Source: Catajapyx aquilonaris
Taxonomy: Eukaryota
DNA length: 62,788 nucleotides
NCBI GenBank assembly: GCA_000934665.2
Contig: KZ537975.1
Coordinates: forward strand, 124,001-186,788
Reading direction: 5' to 3'
In this document: one piece after another, positions 52,706-62,788 of the stretch
How positions within the stretch are numbered: position 1 is the stretch's first letter
Layout of the letters: each line of letters begins with the position of its first letter
The notes under the pieces: generated by a model
What the model was told of the DNA's origin: nothing
Database searches by the model: none
What the model saw: the letters and a program-made list of their open reading frames with translations, nothing else
Program-made: the position numbers and the translations under genes

Positions 52706-54045
52706 GTATGACCACCACCACAGTCCGAATCATCCATCCGATTCCAAGTCGCCTCCAGCAGATGTGTCCACTCTTTCAACCCCCGTCCGAGGCATTCCAG
52801 AGGCAGGAGACAAATGGGTGGCCAGCCTACCAGTGGACATGATGCATCTTTTACCCTCTCCTAGAGATCCACCGTTTGTTGTGAGCCTAAGGTGGTCTCC
52901 TTTTTGCCATTGCACCTTGCCTCTCGAGTTGTTTTTGGGTGGTCCTGATGCTGCGTATTTATCAAAAAAAGGGTACAAGTTCCTGCCACCTTGCTTTGTC
53001 TCTTATTCCTGACAGCCTGGTTCATTAAAATATTGGGAATGGAGGCTCATTACGCGATGGAAAGCGTGTTAGTCGGAATAAATTGTGGCAATCAGCTTCT
53101 TGTGTCGTTGTCTGCCTAATTCAGACCGCGCGAGGTGTTCAGCCTGATTCATGGAGTGTTCGCACAATTTTACATCTTTTTTATGATTCAGTTTGGGGAG
53201 TTATAATTGGTAGAAATCTGCATGTGGACAAGAGCAGACCGCACATGACGAAAGTGTGGTATACTTTTCCCATGCTGCAGACCTCCACGTATTGTCTGAT
53301 ATGGACACGCACCTGCCCCAGCCAGACCCTCATTGCTACTCTGTAATCAAGTCTTGGTAATTTAGTGGCATCAGAGGAATGCAAACACATGACCCCGTGG
53401 TTAAATAGTTTAAATGCGTGGAATCGTGATGGCGGCAAGGCCGAACGGTGGAATTCATCTGACTCGGATTACAGGTCACCTCTGACCCCTGTGGCCCTCG
53501 CCCGGTGCTACCTTCAAATCGGACCTATTCGTTTCTATTACTTTCCAATTAGGCCCGGTTGACCTTTTGTATCCCCCGGGACAACACCAGTCGGCCTTTC
53601 AAGTAGTCCCTATAAAAAGTAATGAGAAGGAGAACTATTACGCTTCCATGCACCGCTGCCATGGTATGTTAGAGGCCATTTCTCTGCCCGCTTTAATGAT
53701 CCGTGTCACCTATGACCTATCAAGCTTATCTCGCCTACCAAACTGGGTTAGGCCCGAGTTTGATTTAATTAGGATCTTTTGCGTAGCCGGGCAGCTGTAA
53801 TAGCCCTGTAATTTGCCCACATGCTGATCCACATTTTACGTCACAACCGCTTTTAATTGATGATATTATTAGTAGGTACTAATCACAATGTCACTAATAT
53901 GAATGTGCACAAAAATATAACCAGCCTATTACACCGATTCCATCTTGTGTCCTTGACATTTTTCCAGATAAAAATTGTTAAAACCTCGAGCTGTAATTAC
54001 ACTATATAATCAATTAGTAGTCACGACTCGGTAATTCGCGTCGCG

Positions 54046-54060
54046 TATATATATATATAT
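54046..54060. repeat. (TA)7 microsatellite flanked by 9-bp direct repeats
   Basis: tatatatatatatat, with TTCGCGTCG at 54035-54043 and 54062-54070. Confidence 0.9.
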
Positions 54061-55502
54061 CTTCGCGTCGTTTCGCCGTATACGACCGGAAAAAACGGAA
54101 CATGTGTTACGCGCAATCGGCGGAGAGAGGCATTCATTAGCAATCATTTTCGACCAAACCTTCATCGGAAGGCGTGCTAATCGGCATTCCTTCACGCTTT
54201 ATTTGTGAAACAAACGGCCTCCCCAATATCCATCAATTTGAGGCTTCGGGACCACCCTTCGAGAAGCCTCATCGCATATGTAAATTCTCGCAAATGACAT
54301 TATTAAGATTTGAAGACAAAAAAAAATAACCAGAGCACTTGACGCGTGTCCAGAAATTTTTATCGAAGACACCCGATTTAGTTGGGAAAAAACATACACT
54401 GGATCGATTTTTTTATGATTATTTCGATCCGATTAATTGGCCTGATTAGAGCGCGATTTCTAAAAATCCTTCCTGCTTCGGAATGTGCTAACAACACGAC
54501 CCCAGCACCATATTAAGGGGGCTCGAACCTTGAGTGCTTGATAATAACGATAGCCACGTTAGTTTTAATGAAGGAGAAAAAAAAGTACTCCGGGAGAGAG
54601 GTGAATGCTTTTAATGGGCGAGAGGTCATACCGGTAGTGCGGTATGCAGCACTTCCTAACAGCACCTGTTGAGATACACACCTCCCTTCGGACGTCAAGT
54701 GCCATAAATCACCGGTTTCCATCGGGTATAACAAAGCGAACCTCACGATGACCGCGAGGCCATGCAGGAAAACCTGACTGAACATTGGAGGTCTGCGCCA
54801 TGTCAACTTCATTCACTACACTTGAGCTTAATCGACTCCATCGTCACGCCCGCACCACGACCAATAAATTGGTACGTGCGGTTATGCCGACTGTCTCGGG
54901 ACTGCTGCATCACGTACTGGTGTATGGTCACGGCATCATCACGTCTGTTACGGAATTTGGTATGTGCCTCTGTTTGTCCGCGGTGAGTCATCATGATGCG
55001 CCATATATGCCCGAGATTTGGTACTACCCCAACAGGCCAGAGCAAATTTTCATCCTGGACATAGATAATAAGACAGTCTTTGAATTAAAAAGTGTAACCC
55101 GCCTACATATAGTGACGCCGACTATTGAGAATAAAAAAAACTGGGGTAGTGTTACAAGAGTGGGACGACACCTTTTTACTATTTCGTTAGTTGAGTGCGA
55201 CAGAAAGTGCCTGTCGTGATAGCCATATATTGCGCACGTTTGCACCGAATAAATTCTTCGTGCGCTAATTGGCCTTAATTGAAACATGACAAATACGTTT
55301 CTTATTTACAGTCGCAAAAAATATATTATGCAAATATTCGGAGCGGCGTTCGCAATATTTTAAAAATAAGTTTCGACACCTTGGAGCCTTTCTATGCCGG
55401 GGCAGTTGGTCTTTTTCTTTTTGCCCGATAAGAAGTGCCAAGTCCAGCTGCCAACCGGCAAGTTTAGGTCATTTATCAACCGGCTCTACCTTTAGGTTGC
55501 AG

Positions 55503-55588
55503 TTCTACCTCTTGCCCCTTTCTACCTACTTTTCTTCATCTCAATCTCTTCTCCCTGTCCGTTTTTCTTTCTTCACTCTGCCCTTTTT
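55503..55588 (+). other. Long polypyrimidine tract (about 85 nt)
   Basis: Mostly C/T sequence from ttctacctcttgcccc to ctgcccttttt. Confidence 0.8.
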
Positions 55589-56669
55589 GCACCCGCCAAC
55601 TATTCATCAGGTATAGAATAACATGCTTGAAAGCTATGCCTGAAGATGCCCCAAGGCAAAAGCCCTATAAAACCCCCCCTTTCATCGGAGCCCAAGATAT
55701 GTGTTATGTGTTATATACTCCAGCCGGACTGAGCTACATTAATAATTTCGCAACGCAGGAAAGGAATTTCTTCCAAGCCATTCGGAGATGACCTGGAAAC
55801 CAATCTTGCCGACTTTAAAAACCAGGCCCATGAATCATCCGCGGAATTAAGACGTGCAAAGTCGCAACTAACGTGCGCACCTCCAGGGTTAATTTGCATC
55901 AGGTGTGCGCTACTTTTTCAGATCCGTATCGAAATACATCCCCAGAGTTATTACCATATTTACAACCGCACCCGACACACCTTATCGACACCATTAATTT
56001 TTTTGAAACTACTGTGGCCAAAAAATGCAAATCATCGCCCCGTTGCGAAACTGTCGTAACTAATAGTTCTCAATTAGCACACTCCTAGATTATACAAGGT
56101 GCTATATTTATCCATAATTCCACGATTAATTGCGTGGTTGTAAAATAGCGATTCTGTCATCAACACGCTATAAGATGCCAATGCGGCGTGTAATTAATAA
56201 CATCATTAATGCCGATTAATATGCCACCGTGCAAGGCCTTCCTGCAATTTAACTCGTGTAATCATCAATCGCACTTCCTCCTATCATCCTGGCAGTACTG
56301 CAACCTTCAAAGCAGTTGGCAGGATACCGAGCAATTGTTTGCATTGCATTGATTGGAGGCGAGTAATTAGAAAACGAACGAAGGTGTCCTGTCCCCACGA
56401 TACTTGGGAAAAGAATGGGTCATTTATTAGGTCAGAACCCAACGTGTATGGGCTTCTATCTGATAAAAGAGGTTTGGTCGAGCGTCGAAAAACGCAGCCT
56501 GGAGAAGGCGTAAGGCCAGAGCTTTACACCAGCAAACACCCCCTAAATCCAGGCCAACGCAGTCGTGACCCACCGCCGATTTTATCGAGCCCCGTTCCTA
56601 AATTCCAGAAGTGTTATGGCCTTCAATAATTACTTCATGCGTCTCTGCACACAGAGACCCATATGAGTT

Positions 56670-56698
56670 CCCCCCCCCCCCCAAATGTCAATCCAAAN
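56670..56698. repeat. Poly-C tract (C13) followed by a single ambiguous base
   Basis: C at 56670-56682, N at 56698. Confidence 0.95.
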
Positions 56699-59600
56699 AT
56701 CCAAATGATGGCGCTTCTGCTTCTTAGGCAGGTATTTAAATGCAGATTGCATAATTTGGCTTGTAAAATGTTAAATTGCAATACTTGTTGAACGGCTGTC
56801 ATACCGATGTGTGCTGGAAGAAGAAACAATTTCACGCAATGGGCTCGTCAGGTGCAGCCACGCCCTCTGGTGTGGTCTGGGATCTGTTTAGCCTTGGAAA
56901 TTTAATAAAGTATGACTCTTCATGCTAACGCCGTCAACCTAGTGAAAAATAATCATGTAAAATAAACTAGATCTATCCCCACTGCGTATGCAATTAACGC
57001 CTGGTTGTGTAATATCGCTAAGGAACTAATTTTCTGTATGTGCCTAGCAAAAGTTAATTAGCGAAGCAGTGACGCAGCGGGAGTGCAATTTTGCAAATGC
57101 ATTAATATGCCTTCCATGGTGCACTCTCATTGCATCTTGTCTGGCCGTTTCAGCTACATTTTTCTGTAATGATACCTGTCATATGGGAGATTACCGGCTG
57201 AATTAATTAGTGTGGGTCTATGAATAAATGCATCTTTTCAGTGTGTGTCCGACAGATAGGTGGACCACCAGCTGTTCGGGCTTATTTTTATGTATGGTTT
57301 TATTTTATTCGTTTCAAAAAATGAAGGAGGGGAATGACAATTTGATAGTTTTGGTTGTTGGGAATATTCAAAAATGGGCATTTCTACGGCGATTTTAGTT
57401 TCGGGGCAGTATAATTTACACCAGATAACAATAAGAACGTATAGTCATCTATACACAAAGTAAAACCATCATCAGGTCATACGCCCCCACAAATCATAGA
57501 TATCGTAGATCTGGCTGTCAGTACAGCCAGCCCCGAGTTCAAACAGATGTGAACCAGAAAACACAAAAATGAAAATATTCCAAGAATTTCCTTCCACGCT
57601 CGCAAAACGTGAAAAATGAACAATCAGATAAAAACTGAGCATATTTTTTTCCTAGGTCGCTTCGTGTCGGCTAGGTTGTAATTACCTCGTGCTTTATCAA
57701 GACGTACAATGGTAAATAGGCTATAATTACCCCTCTGCAATTATTGTAATTACGCCCAAGCTTTGCCGGCATATCGCGTTAGGATGATTTAGACATGCGC
57801 AATGACAGCGCATCTCCGGTCCCACATTTTTTCCCCCAGTTGTTGAGATATGATCCTGTTAGTGTGTCTTCTTCAAGGGTACTTACAATTAATAATTGGT
57901 CAAAAGAGTCCTTTCACCGGTCAAAAAATTCCTGGATCCCTCTTCTGTGCGATGTCACGATTTGGCTAATCCAGTGCCAAACATGCTCTCATTAGTCCTG
58001 TCAAATCCAACTTAGTGATTTCCTTAATGGGCTCGAAGCAACAATTCTTCACCCGCTTGTTCCAGATTTCCCCCAAGGAGCAAGGGGAAAATTAGCAGGA
58101 TTTGCCAACAAAACTTGGAAACAGGTTTTGGCCAGTGATATTTCGCTTACTGGTTGTCACGGCCGGGTCTCTATTTTTTCTCATTTTATTTGACATACGC
58201 ACGTAAATGTGGGGCTACTTTCTTGAGAGAGCAAACTACAAAAAGACAGTGCATCAATTGCGAAGGTTTTTCGGCCTTGTTCTAGGGGTTGACAAATTGC
58301 GTCCAAAAAACATGTGCACCTACATTGTAAATCCACAGCATGCGTGTTTATCATTCATACGCCGCTGCTGTCCTTCGAGCGTAAATCGCAAATTATAGTT
58401 CGGTTGTGCAAATTCGCACCATTTCGCAACTATTTAAAAAAAAAACGTCCAATTTATTTGCACGACAACTTTCCGGAGCAATCTGCAGCATCTGAAGCAC
58501 CATCATCATGGAAGAAACTTTTTGCACTATGTGCCTCACATTGTGCAAGACTTAATCTCAGTCACGACTATGATTGCTCCCAACTCGAATTAGCCCGCAA
58601 CAAGGGCAATCAGGTAGCATCCCCCTTCAGTGCATCCGAAGATAACTCATGTTGGAAGTACAGAGCTAATGAATAAGACCAGGCATGTTCGAGCTCCTTG
58701 TTTATGCCCATTAGACGTGAAGCCTGTTGCCATTCACTGCGATTGGGCGCAAAAAAAAAAACAAGATTGGCCAAATTGATGGCTATCGACTGACTGTGGG
58801 TTTCTTCCTGTACTTGGCAGGTTGGCCCTATTTTTACTGGCCTTATTTGCACGATCGGACAGTGAAAATAATTGGTACCAGCCTAAACAGTATTTATTAC
58901 GGACAGTGTGCTAAATAAGTGAGAATTTATGTCTAACTTCGGGGGGAAATGCTCTGAATGATTTTGACCGGTTTGTATACTCTTTCTACATAAAACCCAC
59001 TCCATTTGAGCCGGTTTAGTTACTTTTAGTGGATATCAAATATTAGCTGCTAACATTAGTCCGAATCTCGGCAACAATGGTACAAGGTAACAATCTCTGT
59101 CCATTGTCGACTGAGTCAGCCACAATTTCCTGATGACCCGTCCAGCGCGTGAGGTAGTAATTATTTAATATGCATTGTCACGGGAAAGGCAAGCGTGTGT
59201 AGAGGGGGGGAGGGGGTGCACAAAAAATATGAAGGGGGGTACTCCAATTGTATGAAAATTAATGCGGCCCGCAGCGTGGTCGTGAGGTGCGATTATACGA
59301 ATGGCACAAAGGTAGACCCACCGCCGAATGTAGATTAGCAAAGTGAGGCCTTGTCACACACCACAATGCAGGCCAGGGGTAAATTTAATGCAACTGCCAT
59401 TAATCCTCATGTTTTTTTTATACATATACTGTGGATCAACCGTAAAACTGTAGTACTGCAGCCACACAAATACTGAAACGTATATATAGGGTCAGGACCA
59501 AAATTAATCTCATCAGATCAATAATGTCCTTAGGAGCTTACCGTTACCTATAGATCGGAATCTGTGTGTACCGGAACGCATGTAGCATGTGGCAGTACCG

Positions 59601-62600
59601 TTGGCGACAAGACCGAAATCAGCTCAGTTCGTGAACCCTGCCGCCTGTAAATCTCCGTAACAATGAAGCATAATGCGTCAGCCTCTTGCCAAAATTACAT
59701 AGTGCACGACCCTGCCGGAGAACTAGGTCGCATAAAATAGGCTTTTTGGCATTGTCGTATATGTACCGGCCTCAAAAAATTATAGTCATTTTTTGGCACC
59801 CTTAATGTGTATTACCTTGGCTCAAATCATCATGTCTGTCATTACGTAGGAATTGACCCCAAAAAATGTACATATATACAGTGCAACTGGGCGGAAATGT
59901 ACGGCGTGAGAATTGCAAGATTACATGGCAGTATATGTACCGTCAACTCCATCACGGGGCATTTTCCTGCCCGGATAATAACCATATCTCACCATTAGTT
60001 CAGCTCACTTTTGCATTCTCAACGGCTGCTGTATGCATTCATGGTATGAATTATTACTGCTATAACGTGTATGTGTCACAGCGTATTATTCTTAGCAGTT
60101 TTACGTACACACACCAAAATGTAAAAAATTGCATTGTCAATCGTTAATTGCAGCTAATAAGGCATCAAAGCAAGGACGATCCGTTGCTAAAGTGCTAAGT
60201 GTTGGTCCCCATTTGCCCATTTTAATTTCCTCCCCAACTTTTTTTTCTCTCATTTGAAATTCAATTCTCCAGCACCCCTGGCCCACCTGGTAATTGCTTG
60301 GTAACACACGTGGCTCATTCCAACACGCAAAAGTCGGAAACGGAGTGATGAGCCCAAAGGCAGCTAGGGTTAAGATAATAATAAAAAATGCAATCCAGGC
60401 ATATATTTTGGTATTAGTCTCCTGCTGGGGAGTAAATTGTCCTGGCGTAGTGATTGAGTTGTAGATAAGGAAGGATGATGGGAGGAAAGGTAAATAGTTC
60501 TACCTGAGATTCGCAACCGGTACGGTAGCCTATATTTTGATGCTCTTTGCAATGCCACTAATTTGACAACACAAGAAAATTAAAGTGTCACTATTATGAT
60601 GCTTCTTCCTCCGCAATTTCTTTTTGTGTTTAAAACCAGTTTGGAAAGATCTGTCACCACTTTTTAATAACCGGTGTTTCACAGCCCACCGTAATTATTC
60701 ATTTAATTATATGCTCAGGTAAGGACGCCATTTTGAATCCAATATGTCCATCCATTTGCAATGTATTTATTATTGCAAATTGTTAAGACGCTGTTTCGTA
60801 TGCAAAATCCAGAACATGCAAGTAGCCAAACCGCATGAGAAAATGCGGCTTCCAATCTCCTTTGAGACGACCGATTCCCAGGACACGATTTCAAAAAATC
60901 TCCCAATAAATTGCTCCCCATTTTTTCCCGACGGAACCGTGACACGACAATGGCCCCCTTCCGTGTCCCCGTGACAATGGCAAATCACCTTGAAAGCTCC
61001 CAGGCCATGGGAAGAATTCAACTCGTCCACCTCTCTTCGGTTGTTGTTTTTTTTATGATGTTGTGTTCCTCCAGAAGTGCCAGAGGGCAACCGAAGGATT
61101 GTGACCCACACATCACTTGGTTTGGGAACAAAAGGCAATGAAGAGCACGTGGCAACCGTCTTCGGCTCTTTTGACTCAAGAGGACGGCCTTCGGGCTAAG
61201 TTTTCAGTTTTCTCATGTTTTGCTCTTGGGAATTGGTAATTACCCAAAAAGAAGGCCCCGAGGAAAATGTTCTCGTGATGTGTTCTCTTTTCTTTAAGAG
61301 GTTAAGGGCTCGCCATCTGTACATGTTCATCTGAATAAATCTTGGGGTGGATCAGGTGGCAGGCATGTGAGAACCAGGTCGAGAACCGATTCTTACGCTT
61401 TGCAGAAGCATTCCTTCAAAACTCTTTTCCCTTCGTGAACGCACGAATAACACTTTCATTGTTGAGAACCACCCCTCTCCCCCGATGGAAATCTGCGGCT
61501 GGAACAAACAATATTCGCTTCAGAGAGCAGATTCCCGGATATTCACCTAGCAAAACATTTCTCACACGTTTTTCTACCCCAATCGTTGCAATTAATCGCA
61601 CGAAGCAGGAGCAATATTTAATCGTGAAAACTATCGGTTCGTGCATGTTTCACACCCGTTTACTAGTTGTCGTGCATTTCCGACACGGGTAAAATTTTTA
61701 AGTACACGTGTTGCGCAATCATCATTGGCTGACCTTTGACCCTCGCCTTCTCCCGTACCTCACGTCTCCATTGTGCGGTCCATTAGCGGTATCATCTGGT
61801 GGGGAAGTGTATGGTATGGACACCATCCCGCTACACCTGACCCATCTGGATACAACTAACAGAACTTGTAATCTGTGATTGACCCATTGGAAAGTGCCCT
61901 GCAGATATTAAATCTGCTGAAAGACAGCGACCGATAGATATTCGCATGAGCGAAGAAAGTTTGCCCTTCACATGGCCAGCACGTGTGAACCGGCCTTTCG
62001 CTTAATCGTCTTTTCCCATGTTTCCAACCATCCAAGCCCCCTATAAATCGACGGACACCGCCACACAATATATCTCCCAGGATCTCAATAATCGGTGAAA
62101 GTTCGGTCAGGAGTCTGACATGTCAGTTTATAGTAGAACTAGTGCGCAGGCTTATAGACCAACAATATAGACGACTCGTACTTTAAGTCACACGTATAAG
62201 AATAAAACCTATTTAATCGCTGCTTTTTTATTTAAAAAAATATTCGCATTGCTCAATATATGTGCGTCACCGACTTGACAGCAAAAAGCATGTACTTCAT
62301 GTTTAAATAATGCGCTACATTTTGCTTAGAGGTAGGGCTATGATCACTGTGAAGTAATTACTGTTCGTGCTGCTGTGTGTGATATAGTTTTAGTTGAAAA
62401 TAAAAATAAAATAAAATGAGGCGATCTCAAGGACTTTGGAACTGTATTTACTATGCAACAGTTGTAGAAAAAGTGTACCGTCCTTGACTTAAGTTGCATA
62501 CGGTAGGTTTATAAAAGAAGTTCTAATAAACAATCGTTTTTTAATGCTTCATTGCACAAGTACGGAGTGAGTCACCTATATACATATTGCCTTGATCGCC

Positions 62601-62788
62601 TAAAATACGGTTCATATAACTATGACGATTGCGAAAGACTCATGACTAACCATGTCATCTTTGGCTTAGTATTGCGCCATAACGAAGGTTAATTAGCCGA
62701 TTCTTTGCTCATTATGCAATCAGACCATGTAACAGTTTGTATAAGTCTACGAATATTTCACAATAATTTACACTATTTAATTCTGATC

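Larger units (their letters stand above)
1..62788. other. Gene-poor, eukaryote-like non-coding region (intergenic desert or very long intron)
   Basis: The six-frame track has no ORF over 210 aa, and ORFs overlap indiscriminately on both strands with no recognisable products. Homopolymer runs, microsatellites, AT-rich islands and polypyrimidine/CAG and GTRAG motifs are present. CpG is not visibly depleted. Confidence 0.85.

Noticed and set aside
55640..55663. Hammerhead-like CTGAAGA-TGCC-ccaa-GGCA-AAAG
   Set aside because: The essential G of GAAA is absent, and I could not build stem I or a valid cleavage triplet.
59150..59159. TGAGGTAGTA, identical to the first 10 nt of let-7
   Set aside because: The remainder does not match and no complementary arm lies nearby to form a precursor. 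A 10-nt match to some known miRNA is expected by chance.
1..62788. CRISPR array, prokaryotic operon, defence island, prophage, rRNA or tRNA genes
   Set aside because: I saw no regularly spaced direct repeats, no gene-length tiled ORFs, no conserved rRNA words and no cloverleaf with an intact T-arm.

Overview
This 62.8-kb window does not look prokaryotic or viral. It has no ORF longer than 210 codons, no protein family I can confidently recognise, no operon structure, no rRNA or tRNA gene, no CRISPR array and no intact mobile element. By eye it is moderately AT-rich with plentiful CpG, very many A/T homopolymer runs, five long poly-C tracts (two beside assembly Ns), AT-rich islands, GT-AG splice-like signals and frequent TAAT/TAATTA motifs. 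The best overall reading (inference) is non-coding intergenic or intronic DNA from a eukaryote without strong CpG depletion, probably an invertebrate. I found no novel biological system that I can support. The leads are all low confidence: a frame-consistent three-exon model at 3597-4262, a few isolated exon-like segments, possible very old transposon protein relics (non-LTR RT-like, LTR integrase-like, Transib-like), G-quadruplex-capable tracts mostly on one strand, and several palindromic or motif-cluster elements. Protein resemblances come from remembered consensus motifs, not database searches, and could be chance.
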